Source: an archaeon (GTDB lineage: Archaea > Nanobdellota > Nanobdellia > SCGC-AAA011-G17 > GW2011-AR17). From it: 64,000 nt of DNA. The notes under the pieces were generated by a model. It did no database searches. It was not told the origin of the DNA and worked only from the letters and a program-made list of their open reading frames with translations. The stretch lies in the NCBI GenBank assembly GCA_018656555.1, contig JABHZQ010000020.1:10764-74763 (forward strand). The letters are read 5' to 3'. Positions within the stretch are counted from its first letter, which is position 1. Every line of letters starts with the position of its first letter. The translations under genes and the position numbers were made by a program. Below, piece after piece: positions 20,699 to 29,980 of this stretch.

Positions 20699-22060
20699 TT
20701 GATGGCAATACTACAAAAGATGAAAGTGAATAAAGAAAGATTGAAAGAACTTGCTAAACAATGTATGGGTTTTGAACCATTTCCATATCAGTTAGATTTT
20801 ATTAGTGATTGCTTTGAACACAAGTATATCTTAGCTTGTTGGAGCCGACAAATTGGTAAATCAACCTGCACTGCCTTGTTCGCCTGTTTGGCTGCTGTCT
20901 TGAATCCAGATATAACTATAATTATAATTTCAAAGTCCGAACGACAATCGAAGGAAATCTACATTAAAGTCTTAGATTTCCTTCACAGAGTCCCTGAATT
21001 CAGAAAGGGACTCAAACAAGAGTCAATGGAACAAACAATCCTTGCAAATAGATCAAGAATATTAAATCTCCCTTGTAGTTTTGAAGGTCAGAGTTTGAGA
21101 GGATATGCAGCTGAAATTTGCATTATTGATGAAGCTCAGTTTATTCCAGACCAAGTAGTAGATGAAGTTATTAGTCCGTTTGTTGCAACTAAGAAGGATT
21201 TTAAATTCATTAAGCTATCAACACCTCAAGGTAAGCAAGGACATTTCTATCGTAGTTTCTTAGATAAAGATTATCACGTTCATAATTATTCTTATGTTGA
21301 AGGAGTTAGAAACGGATTAATAACTCGGGAATTTATTGACAAGAAACGGATGGAGATGGATTCCTTGAGCTTTGCTCAAGAATATGAAGCTTTATTTATA
21401 GAAGAAGCTTCATCCTATTTCGGTTCGGAGCTAATTAATAACAATGTTCAAGATTATCCCCTACTGAGTGAGGTTTCTAATGTTGAGAGTGGTACATTCT
21501 ATGCAGGGTATGATGTTGGAAGATTTGGTATGGATAAAAGTGTTTTAATTGTAGTTCAAAGAAAAAAAGAAGAGAATAGGATTGTTTTCATAGGCTCTAT
21601 TGATAAAGCATCTTTAGATACACAATTAGATTATATCAAACGAATGGATAAACTATTTCATTTCAAGAAGATTGTTCTCGATGAAAGTGCCGTTGGAGGA
21701 GGGTTGACAGATTTCTTAATTAAAGAGTTCAATACATCTTTAATTAAAAAAGTTGAGGGATTAACTTTTACTAATAAATCTAAGAAAGATATTTATTCCA
21801 ATCTTAGAACTCTTTTGGAGAATAGACAGCTAATTCTACCAAGACATCCTGAACTGATAAGTCAACTTAAAGACCTTCAATATGAGTATTCAGATAGTGG
21901 AAACCTGAAGATATTTCATCCTCCAAACAAACATGATGATTATCCAGATGCTCTTGCTTTAGCTGTGAAATATGTTAAAGATAAAGAATCTGCTTGGTTC
22001 TTTGTAAATAATGATAGGTTAGATGAGAGTTATGGTAATGTTGATTATACCAGTTGGTGA
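20699..22060 (+). CDS. terL: Terminase large subunit (Terminase_6/T4-like)
   Basis: FPYQ, Walker A SRQIGKST, Walker B ICIIDEAQ, STPQG coupling motif, nuclease GYDVG and HDDYPDA. Confidence 0.93.
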   Translation: MMAILQKMKVNKERLKELAKQCMGFEPFPYQLDFISDCFEHKYILACWSRQIGKSTCTALFACLAAVLNPDITIIIISKSERQSKEIYIKVLDFLHRVPEFRKGLKQESMEQTILANRSRILNLPCSFEGQSLRGYAAEICIIDEAQFIPDQVVDEVISPFVATKKDFKFIKLSTPQGKQGHFYRSFLDKDYHVHNYSYVEGVRNGLITREFIDKKRMEMDSLSFAQEYEALFIEEASSYFGSELINNNVQDYPLLSEVSNVESGTFYAGYDVGRFGMDKSVLIVVQRKKEENRIVFIGSIDKASLDTQLDYIKRMDKLFHFKKIVLDESAVGGGLTDFLIKEFNTSLIKKVEGLTFTNKSKKDIYSNLRTLLENRQLILPRHPELISQLKDLQYEYSDSGNLKIFHPPNKHDDYPDALALAVKYVKDKESAWFFVNNDRLDESYGNVDYTSW

Positions 22061-22096
22061 TTAGAAATTAAATAAAAGAAAAAAGAAAAAAAAGAA

Positions 22097-22978
22097 TTAA
22101 CAAGAAATAGTTATTGTAGCACTACTTTCACTTGTTTGTGTTCTGTGAAAAGCTTTGTTCAATGTAATCTCCACACCCTCTAAAGTTTCTGTATCTCCTT
22201 CATTGAATATCACTCCTTCTTCTCCTACATAAATAACTGCTTTTCCACTTGTTACTTCTTCTAAAGTTACATCATGACCATCATAAAGAACAGTTTCTTT
22301 TATGTAAAAGAAAACCTCTTCTCCACAATTCACTGTTTCTATAACTTGATTTGCTTCAGATTCAATATCCAATATATTTTCTACTTTAGTTGGTGCACCA
22401 GCACCATCAATACAATCAACTAACAAATTGGCGCCGTTCTGTGTTTCATCAGTTCTAACAAATGTTTTATCTAATGTAATTGTCAAATCCTCAATGGTTG
22501 CTTTTTCATTTAAATTAAGTGTTTTAGTAACTCCATTAACCTCAATGGTTGCAGAATTTGAGTCTATTTCTACAAGTTGTATTGACTCTTCAGCATATTC
22601 ATAAATTTCATCAACCATTAAAAAAAGACTTTCTGTACATTCAGACTCTACCTGCCCTATTACTTCCTCATTTAAAGCAAACTCTCCAGGTTCTAACACT
22701 TCTTGGTCTGTAGCTCCTCCCCCAGAAACTTGTTCTACAAGTTCTTGGTTAAGTATTGGTTCTCCAGCTTCTAATACTTCTTGCTGTTGATTTTGTTCTT
22801 CTGGGCTTCTAAAAAAACCAAGTAATTTTGCAAAAAAACCTTTTTCATTTTGCTCAGGTTCTACTTGATTAGAACGCTTAAAGATATCAAAAAAACCAGC
22901 ACTAACTATACTTGTTGTTAATATGGTTAGAACAAAGAAAACCATCAAAAATTTTAATCCTTTTTTCATAACAATCAT
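22097..22978 (-). CDS. Secreted acidic protein with two S-layer-like beta repeats
   Basis: Signal peptide (VSA-GFF); duplicated Y..ITLEEV....A.I.V......N.G....IE...ITL.K.F.RT units. Confidence 0.65.
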   Translation of the reverse strand: MIVMKKGLKFLMVFFVLTILTTSIVSAGFFDIFKRSNQVEPEQNEKGFFAKLLGFFRSPEEQNQQQEVLEAGEPILNQELVEQVSGGGATDQEVLEPGEFALNEEVIGQVESECTESLFLMVDEIYEYAEESIQLVEIDSNSATIEVNGVTKTLNLNEKATIEDLTITLDKTFVRTDETQNGANLLVDCIDGAGAPTKVENILDIESEANQVIETVNCGEEVFFYIKETVLYDGHDVTLEEVTSGKAVIYVGEEGVIFNEGDTETLEGVEITLNKAFHRTQTSESSATITISC

Positions 22979-23070
22979 CCTCCTTTAAAAATTTAGTAAT
23001 ATTAAACAGAAACTATATATATATAATTTTCCATTGCGAAAATGTATCTAAATTATTTTAAATCTTATGG

Positions 23071-23391
23071 TTATGGCAAAGTCTCACAAGCCTTACCATC
23101 ATCGTCCCCATCCAAATAATGCACATCGTTTTCTGCTCCACCACAATATTCCATCATTTCTTGAGCCTCTGCTTGTGTTTCAAAGTCAGCACAATTGAAT
23201 GTATTAACTTTACAAGGTATAGGTGGAGTTCCGTCATCTACCTTGTCCGTAAGTAATTCTTCATTTAATTCTTTAACAATCTCCTCCTTATTGTCATTAG
23301 AACATAAGGATAATTTACCGCATTTGTTTTCAGAACATCCTGAAACAACTAATAATCCTATTAAGAACAGAATAATCAATATTTTTTTCAT
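23071..23391 (-). CDS. Lipoprotein with Excalibur Ca-binding domain
   Basis: LVVSGC lipobox; [12 protein letters not shown]...[11 protein letters not shown]. Confidence 0.85.
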   Translation of the reverse strand: MKKILIILFLIGLLVVSGCSENKCGKLSLCSNDNKEEIVKELNEELLTDKVDDGTPPIPCKVNTFNCADFETQAEAQEMMEYCGGAENDVHYLDGDDDGKACETLP

Positions 23392-23457
23392 ATATCTAAG
23401 AAAGTTAAAGGATTTTATAAGGTTTTTGAGTAGTTGGGATTAAAAAAGAAAAAAGAA

Positions 23458-24135
23458 TTAAATCTTTTTTTCAGCTATCTCCCCTATACCTTTTAGTAAT
23501 TCATAATCTGTAGTATAAAATGCCATATACACATTATCCTTGTAGAATTCTAATACATAGTAAGAAATTTTATTATCCCAATCATAATTTTCCCTTGTCA
23601 TTTTAAATAAGATACTTTCATCACCCAGATTAGGATTTGATAATTGAGTATAGGTATATTTGGAATTTTCTTCTTCATCTAGTACTTCTCCTGTTGCAAG
23701 CAAACCCTTTGAAGTATCTAATGTTTGAGAGATTGTTTCTTTAGGGTAGATTGAGATATATTGTTCTAGAGTAGTCATACCCTCTTTTACAAATGAAGCA
23801 TAATATCCTCCTTCCCATCCACTATTAATGGATTCTGCACTTACATCAGTTTTATCTCTTGGTCCTCTGGTAACAACTTCAAAACCTTCTGGTAAATTAT
23901 CAATATCTAGGGCTAAATCTGAAATATCCTCCCATTCACAATCTTGAGAACAAGAGTTATGACTTTCTGTTTTATCACATTTGCCATCTCCACATACAAT
24001 TTTTGGTTCTTCTTCAACTTCAACCACTTCTAAATTAGGATCTGCATCATTTGTGTCAACATTTATCTCACTTAGTTCTGTACAAGCTGAAACAGAAACA
24101 AGTAAAAGGATTAGTATTAGAATTGCTTTTTTCAT
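23458..24135 (-). CDS. Lipoprotein
   Basis: VSAC lipobox; CGDGKCD..ES...CSQDC small disulfide motif. Confidence 0.75.
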   Translation of the reverse strand: MKKAILILILLLVSVSACTELSEINVDTNDADPNLEVVEVEEEPKIVCGDGKCDKTESHNSCSQDCEWEDISDLALDIDNLPEGFEVVTRGPRDKTDVSAESINSGWEGGYYASFVKEGMTTLEQYISIYPKETISQTLDTSKGLLATGEVLDEEENSKYTYTQLSNPNLGDESILFKMTRENYDWDNKISYYVLEFYKDNVYMAFYTTDYELLKGIGEIAEKKI

Positions 24136-24188
24136 AGAAATAAGAAATATATTGAAATATATAAAGTTTTTGAGTTATTAATTATTTT

Positions 24189-24503
24189 TTATGTTTTCAT
24201 CCCATGATGGTGTTTCATAGCCATATTTAAAGCAATTAGCCATCCTATAATTGACCAACCAAATATTAGATTAATCAAAAATATAACCAAAGCATTGGTC
24301 TTTTTATTTTTAATTGCAAAGTAGGTCGGAAGGAAATAAAGCATAAAAGCGATAATTGCTCCAACAATAAGAAATAATGTAAGAAATAATCCTGTAGCTC
24401 CCAAAGGATAGGCTATCAGTAATGTCAAAAAGAAAATCCCAGTAATAATTCCTATAATTATTTTTGTTTTTAAGGAATATCCCTCTTTTTTCTTTTTAGC
24501 CAT
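24189..24503 (-). CDS. Superinfection immunity protein (T4 Imm-like)
   Basis: LYFLPT.FA...K.N...IFLINLIFGWSIIGWLIAL signature. Confidence 0.85.
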   Translation of the reverse strand: MAKKKKEGYSLKTKIIIGIITGIFFLTLLIAYPLGATGLFLTLFLIVGAIIAFMLYFLPTYFAIKNKKTNALVIFLINLIFGWSIIGWLIALNMAMKHHHGMKT

Positions 24504-24556
24504 ATTATTTCTAATATTTTTATGATATATAAAGGTTATGAGTAGTTGGTGATTAG

Positions 24557-25231
24557 TTATTCTACAATAATATCAAATAATTGTTCAGTTCCATTCTCAC
24601 AACTAAGAACTCTTGTATAAGTATAATAGTTAACATCTTCAACTACTCCATTTGAATCTATTTCTGTACATTTTATCTGTCTTGCAGGTCTACAATAATA
24701 ATAATTAGAATTTTCTCCAACTCTATTCCCTAATTGACAATAATTACTTACATCATAACTAACTACACCTTTACAATTTTCTGATATTACTACTCCATAA
24801 GCCCCTAAGCTTTTAACTTTAGAGCAATCTCCTTCAGTTTCTTTTATATTATCAAGATTAAACAATACTTCATTAGTATCTGGGGCAGTGATTATTACAG
24901 ATTCAGCAGTTTCTTCTTCTGATTCAGTTTCTAAATCTGTTTCAACTTTTGTTATAGAATCATTGCTATCTAAATCACCATCTGGTAAACTAAATATAAT
25001 TATAACTACGATTATTGCAATAAATAGTCCTATAATCCCTAAAACTATCCCTGCAATATTAATTCCCTTGCCTTTAAGCTTACTATTTTTGCTTATTGAA
25101 ATCAAAGATATTGCACCACAAGTAAATGCGAGAATTGGAAAAATAAATCCTATTAGTGGAAACCAGAAGAATAGTATAGATAAAATTCCAAAGATTAAAC
25201 TGGCAATTGCTAAGCCACTTGTCTTTTTCAT
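24557..25231 (-). CDS. DUF4190-like membrane protein with extracellular Cys-containing domain
   Basis: SGLAIASLIFGILS...KGKGINIAGIVLGII. Confidence 0.75.
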   Translation of the reverse strand: MKKTSGLAIASLIFGILSILFFWFPLIGFIFPILAFTCGAISLISISKNSKLKGKGINIAGIVLGIIGLFIAIIVVIIIFSLPDGDLDSNDSITKVETDLETESEEETAESVIITAPDTNEVLFNLDNIKETEGDCSKVKSLGAYGVVISENCKGVVSYDVSNYCQLGNRVGENSNYYYCRPARQIKCTEIDSNGVVEDVNYYTYTRVLSCENGTEQLFDIIVE

Positions 25232-25305
25232 ATGATTTTTAGAAGTTAAAGGATTTTATAAGTTTTTACTTTAATCTTAATAAAAATAAATTGCAAATAA
25301 TAAGG

Positions 25306-25467
25306 TTAGAGAACCAAAAGTCCATAATAAATAATTGTAAAAATTGGTTCATTAAAAGGTATAATATCTTCTGTAATAAATGAATATATTGCATATATCC
25401 ACCCTCCCAATATAATCAAAGAAGATACTTTTGACCAAAAAGTCATAAGTTTATTTATAAAAGTCAT
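25306..25467 (-). CDS. Small 2-TM protein, not in ORF track
   Basis: MTFINKLMTFWSKVSSLIILGGWIYAIYSFITEDIIPFNEPIFTIIYYGLLVL (53 aa), preceded by the same promoter repeat as neighbouring genes. Confidence 0.55.
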   Translation of the reverse strand: MTFINKLMTFWSKVSSLIILGGWIYAIYSFITEDIIPFNEPIFTIIYYGLLVL

Positions 25468-25507
25468 AATATTTAGAAAGTTAAATGATTTTATAAGGTT
25501 TACTTAA

Positions 25508-26002
25508 TCAACAAGGTTCAAAACCTGTCCCACCACCATGACAGACACAATAGCCATCCATACACTCTCCACCTTCCAATCCTTTAGCACTACATACATC
25601 TGCACAATTAGAAGGAGTTGGAGCAGGAGTTGGTTCTGGAGCTGGTTTAAATATATCCTCAACGATTAAACCTAATGGTATCTCTCCTGTGTAAGATAAA
25701 CCAAAAATTGTGCAAAAGAAAAGAAAAGCAGCTGCAACAGCTCCAAACTTAACAACATCCCAAATATCCTTATCCGTCCAATACCCATGTCTCCCTCTAT
25801 GTTCTTCTCTTGTCAGAATTTCTAAATTGGATTCTCTAAAATCTTTCTTTCTTCCATTCCTGTGATGGATGACATAATCTCTGAATGGTCTATCATGCAA
25901 ATGAGGAGTTCTTTTATACATCCTATAAGCTACTTTCCTGTGGATTAGCTGTCCATCATATCTATCTCTAGGATAGCCTCTATCGTCAATATAATAAGCC
26001 AT
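25508..26002 (-). CDS. HNH endonuclease domain fused to TM helix and Cys-rich tail
   Basis: IHRKVA...VIHHRNGRKKDFRESNLEILTREEH; then hydrophobic helix, Pro-rich linker, C..VC...C..G.CVC. Confidence 0.75.
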   Translation of the reverse strand: MAYYIDDRGYPRDRYDGQLIHRKVAYRMYKRTPHLHDRPFRDYVIHHRNGRKKDFRESNLEILTREEHRGRHGYWTDKDIWDVVKFGAVAAAFLFFCTIFGLSYTGEIPLGLIVEDIFKPAPEPTPAPTPSNCADVCSAKGLEGGECMDGYCVCHGGGTGFEPC

Positions 26003-26046
26003 ATTTAATTAAATAAAAACTAAATATATATTATAAAGGTTTGGAA

Positions 26047-26955
26047 TTAGATAATTAATTTCTTTTGTTCTCTTTCTTTGTTTAGAAGCTCTTCTACTAT
26101 AGGGGGTACTGGAATATCCACTTCTTCACACCATTCATAGACATTTTTAGTTTTCTTGAACATATTACACTTATTACAAGCTAAGACTAGATTGTTATAT
26201 GTATTTGTTCCCCCTTTAGCAACAGCGACAATATGGTCTATACCTAATTTTTCATTACTTCCACAATAAACACAATTTTTATCTCTCTCCTTGATAAGCT
26301 TTTGAACTTTTACAGATATTCCTGAAGGAGATATATGTCCTCTTAATCTTAATCTTCTTTTAGAATGAGATTTGATATCAACCATCCTTCCTTTTTCTGA
26401 CTTTCTATATGCCTCTCTTAACCTAATAACTCTTGGTTGTTTTTCATATATCTTTGCTCGTTCCTTCACTTCTTTGCTCTTATTATACTCTTTTATTCTT
26501 TGAATTACTTTAGGCTTTAATCTATATCTTTTAATGTACTTATCTCTCCTTGCTTTGATTTCTGGTTGTTCTCTATAGGATTTTCTTTTAGCTTTGTACT
26601 CATCTGTTGATTGGTAGAATCTTTGATATATTTTGTTTCTGGCTTTAGTTTCAGGTCTCTGGTTATAGGCTCTTATTTTTTCTTGATTATTAGGATTAGC
26701 TCTGTAATTTCTTTGATGTTCATTCATACGTTCCCTTACTTCAGGTCTTTGGTGGTATTTTCTTGCTTTTTCTTTTACTTCTTCTCTTTGTCTATATTTT
26801 CTTCTTTTCTGTTTAAACTCTTCTGTTTGCCTTTGTTTCTTTCTTCTTACTTTTATTTCTGGTTTCTTTGCTCTTTTCTTATCATAACAAGGTTTACAGA
26901 GTCCCTTAGCATGATACTTATCTTCACTATTACATAGAATACACTCTTTAACCAT
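26047..26955 (-). CDS. HNH endonuclease with N-terminal Zn finger and basic repeats
   Basis: CILC...HAKGLCKPCY; repeated KYxQRPEVK units; RDKNCVYCG...DHIVAVAKGG...NL..ACNKCN..K. Confidence 0.88.
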   Translation of the reverse strand: MVKECILCNSEDKYHAKGLCKPCYDKKRAKKPEIKVRRKKQRQTEEFKQKRRKYRQREEVKEKARKYHQRPEVRERMNEHQRNYRANPNNQEKIRAYNQRPETKARNKIYQRFYQSTDEYKAKRKSYREQPEIKARRDKYIKRYRLKPKVIQRIKEYNKSKEVKERAKIYEKQPRVIRLREAYRKSEKGRMVDIKSHSKRRLRLRGHISPSGISVKVQKLIKERDKNCVYCGSNEKLGIDHIVAVAKGGTNTYNNLVLACNKCNMFKKTKNVYEWCEEVDIPVPPIVEELLNKEREQKKLII

Positions 26956-27124
26956 AAAAAATCAACTTAAATAATTATTTAAAAACTTTTGCTATCACTC
27001 TGTTTACAAATTAAGGTAGGTATATCCTTAATCCTCATCCTCATGTGTAAATCATCACCTAAGGCTAATAATCCAATTTATTGCCAACTATTATTTCAAA
27101 TTCATCTTTTTTTCTTTTCATTTT

Positions 27125-28369
27125 TTATTCCTCCTTATCCTTTTTGAACTCCTTAAACTTTTCAAGGAGCTTAGGATTCTGCATTATTTCCATCATAACT
27201 TGCATGGTTTTGTCAATCTCTTTGTTTTTCATTTCATCGTCCTGGATTGCAATCTCAACAGATAATGGTCGTCCACATTTGTAGCAGTATTTTGCATTAT
27301 ACTCATTTATACTTCCACATCCACAAGCAACTGGTACATTCTTTTCTTCTTCCTTTTTCTTAAGTCCATTCATCTTTAGGAATGCATCTTCAAGCTGTTC
27401 ATTACACAAATGAACATACCTTTTGACCTGTCTTGAACCAATCGACCAGCCAAGATATTTACACAGCAATGCTTCTGTTAGATGAGGAGCAAGTAGGGTG
27501 GCTCTGCTGTGTCTAAACCAGTGGAGATTGTGTTTTTTATCTAAACTAGACTTCTCAAACACTCTGTTAATTAGTTTTTGTGTTCCTTTGTGCATAAGTG
27601 GTTTAAACTTTTGTTGTTTATGTCTACTTTCTCCAACCCACACATAACTTTCTGGATTGTTCTTATATGGATGGATATCTAACCATCTAGTAAGGTATGG
27701 AACTGACTGAGTTACGAATATCTGTCTCATTCCTGTCTTTCCATCAACAATCACACTTGCAGATAGTTTATCCTGTCTTATGTCCTTTATTTTAATGTTT
27801 AACAACTCACCAGCTCTAACTCCAGTTTCGTGTAGGAACTTTAACAAAGCTCTAGTTTTGATGTTTTGAGTCTGTTGAATTACCAATTCAATGTCTTCTT
27901 CTGTTAAGATTGTTGAAGGGTCTATTGGTTCAATTATTTCTCTACTTCTCACACTAAAGATAAACTTGTATAGCTTGTTGAGTTCCAATCTTGTTTCTTC
28001 ATCACACCTAATCAGCCTGTTATCCTCATCCTCGAACCATCGGTAGAATTGTTTAAGAGTTCTCCTGTAATCTGCTTTGGTATTTGGTTTCTGTTTAGTG
28101 TTGTTTTCTATCTTTGCAAGTAATGTAATGACATCCTTCTTGCATAACTTATCAAAATCCACACAAAGCATTATTGCAATGAACTTAAGTTGAGAGATTA
28201 ATTTTCCAATCCTTAAGTCTCCAACACCTCTACTGAACAGGTTATCTGCAAACTCAAGAATGAGTTCTTTGTTCCTATCACTTATATCTGCCTCTTCTAA
28301 GTGCTTCAGTGTGTTTTTGTAATAATTCTTCTTCCCTTGTGCATATATTCTTTTTGAGTCATATACCAT
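27125..28369 (-). CDS. int: Tyrosine integrase with C-terminal Zn ribbon
   Basis: ETGVRAGE, GKTG, HWFRHSRAT, LGW and RYVH catalytic residues; CGCG...CYKCG; intact gene next to the att repeat. Confidence 0.95.
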   Translation of the reverse strand: MVYDSKRIYAQGKKNYYKNTLKHLEEADISDRNKELILEFADNLFSRGVGDLRIGKLISQLKFIAIMLCVDFDKLCKKDVITLLAKIENNTKQKPNTKADYRRTLKQFYRWFEDEDNRLIRCDEETRLELNKLYKFIFSVRSREIIEPIDPSTILTEEDIELVIQQTQNIKTRALLKFLHETGVRAGELLNIKIKDIRQDKLSASVIVDGKTGMRQIFVTQSVPYLTRWLDIHPYKNNPESYVWVGESRHKQQKFKPLMHKGTQKLINRVFEKSSLDKKHNLHWFRHSRATLLAPHLTEALLCKYLGWSIGSRQVKRYVHLCNEQLEDAFLKMNGLKKKEEEKNVPVACGCGSINEYNAKYCYKCGRPLSVEIAIQDDEMKNKEIDKTMQVMMEIMQNPKLLEKFKEFKKDKEE

Positions 28370-28438
28370 TTGTGTTTAAAAGAAATAATCGTATATAGTT
28401 CCTCAGGTATACCCAAATATACGCCTTAGTGGTCTAAT

Positions 28439-28452
28439 TCCCAGCCTCGGCG
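28439..28452 (+). repeat. Attachment site core, distal duplicate of the tRNA-Ser 3' end
   Basis: TCCCAGCCTCGGCG, identical to 15801-15814. Confidence 0.9.
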
Positions 28453-28487
28453 GAATCTTTATAAATTCTAATTCTTTGTGAAAACTT

Positions 28488-29027
28488 ATGAAATCAAAAA
28501 CATGGATTTACATTTTGGTTGTAATTGCAATTTTTTTAGGAATTGTTTATTTTGTAAATCATGGAGGAGAGACAATGAAAGTTAAACTTGAAACAAATCA
28601 AGGTGATATTGTTATTCAATTGGCAGATGATATGCCAATAACTACTGGTAATTTTGTTAATTTGGTAAATGAAGGAGTATATGATGGAGTAATTTTTCAT
28701 AGGATTATTGATGGATTTATGATCCAAGGTGGGGATCCTACTGGAACTGGTTATGGAGATTCTAGTATTCCTAAGATAGAAGATGAATTTACTTCTGATA
28801 ATGCAAATAATAGAGGTACAATAGCTATGGCAAATGCAGGACCAAATACAGGTAGTTCTCAGTTTTTTATTAACTTAGTGGATAATAATTATTTAGATAG
28901 TGCTCATCCTGTTTTTGGAGAGGTAGTTGAAGGAATGGATGTTGTGGATGCTATGGCTAAGGTTGAGAAGGATTCTAATGATAAACCACTTGAAGATGTA
29001 GTGATTGTCAAAGCTACTGTGCTTTAG
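28488..29027 (+). CDS. Cyclophilin-type peptidyl-prolyl isomerase with N-terminal anchor
   Basis: [32 protein letters not shown]. Confidence 0.95.
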   Translation: MKSKTWIYILVVIAIFLGIVYFVNHGGETMKVKLETNQGDIVIQLADDMPITTGNFVNLVNEGVYDGVIFHRIIDGFMIQGGDPTGTGYGDSSIPKIEDEFTSDNANNRGTIAMANAGPNTGSSQFFINLVDNNYLDSAHPVFGEVVEGMDVVDAMAKVEKDSNDKPLEDVVIVKATVL

Positions 29028-29062
29028 GTAGTTTTTTAAGCTTATTCTTAATTTTTCTTTTT

Positions 29063-29956
29063 ATGAAAACACCAGGATATAGAGATAACCCTAGACATTT
29101 AGAACAATATCTAAAGCAGATAGGAAGATATGCACTTTTATCTAGAGATGAAGAGCAGTTTTATGGTAGTTTATACTCTGAGAGATGTATGGGAGTTAGA
29201 GAGGAGGCTCAAAGAATTTTGATTAATCGTAATTTGAGATTAGTTGTTTCTATTGCACGAAAATTTCAAGGGAGAGGAGTAGATTTTATGGATTTGATTC
29301 AAGAGGGAAATTTGGGTTTGTATAAAGCTATTGAGAAGTTTAACTATAAAAAAGGGTTTAAGATTAGTACTTATGCTACTTGGTGGATTAAGCAAGCTAT
29401 TCAAAGAGGAATTGATCAGAGTTGTAGAGAGATTAGGGCTCCTGTACATATTCATGAAACTGCAAGGACTTTAGAAAATGCTAGGCATTATTTAAAGAGA
29501 AATATGGATAGAGAACCCACTGATGATGAATTGCTATATATTACAGGTATTACATCTTCTAAGCTGGAAAAGGTAAGAGAAGCTCCTATGGCTGCACAGA
29601 TTTTAGATAGTTTTATTGATGGTGAAAATGAGGAAGGTATGAGGGTGGGTGATGGACTTGTAGATGGGGGGGTTGTTGATCCTGTTGAAGTTATGGATGA
29701 AGATAGAGTTTCTAAAGGATTAGATATGGTATTAGACAATTTAGAAATGATTATGAATGCTGAGGGAAGATCAGGAACAAGAGATGTGGATATTTTTAGG
29801 AGAAGAAAAGGATTGAATGGTTATGCTGTTCATACTTTAGATGAATGTGGTGCTGTTCATGAGATTACCCGTGAGAGAGCAAGGCAGATTGAGGTTAAAG
29901 TCATGTGGAGATTAAGGCATCCTTCTAGAAGAGATGCTCTTGCAGCTTTAAGATAG
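29063..29956 (+). CDS. RpoD/SigA-type sigma-70 factor (regions 1.2, 2, 3, 4)
   Basis: YLKQIG...[50 protein letters not shown]....TRERARQIE. Confidence 0.92.
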   Translation: MKTPGYRDNPRHLEQYLKQIGRYALLSRDEEQFYGSLYSERCMGVREEAQRILINRNLRLVVSIARKFQGRGVDFMDLIQEGNLGLYKAIEKFNYKKGFKISTYATWWIKQAIQRGIDQSCREIRAPVHIHETARTLENARHYLKRNMDREPTDDELLYITGITSSKLEKVREAPMAAQILDSFIDGENEEGMRVGDGLVDGGVVDPVEVMDEDRVSKGLDMVLDNLEMIMNAEGRSGTRDVDIFRRRKGLNGYAVHTLDECGAVHEITRERARQIEVKVMWRLRHPSRRDALAALR

Positions 29957-29980
29957 TTTTTTAAATCTTTATTCTATTAA

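Larger units (their letters stand above)
15801..28452. mobile_element. Integrated element (satellite-like or defective provirus) in the tRNA-Ser 3' end
   Basis: 14-bp direct repeat TCCCAGCCTCGGCG at both ends; integrase next to the distal repeat; primase-helicase and terminase genes inside. Confidence 0.9.

Noticed and set aside
26975..27121. Possible small gene between int and HNH
   Set aside because: ATG at 27121 stops after 18 codons; at most a frameshifted remnant
22052..28369. Classical integron (IntI + attC)
   Set aside because: Spacers lack RYYYAAC...GTTRRRY palindromic attC structure, and the integrase matches a tRNA-targeting type with its own att repeat
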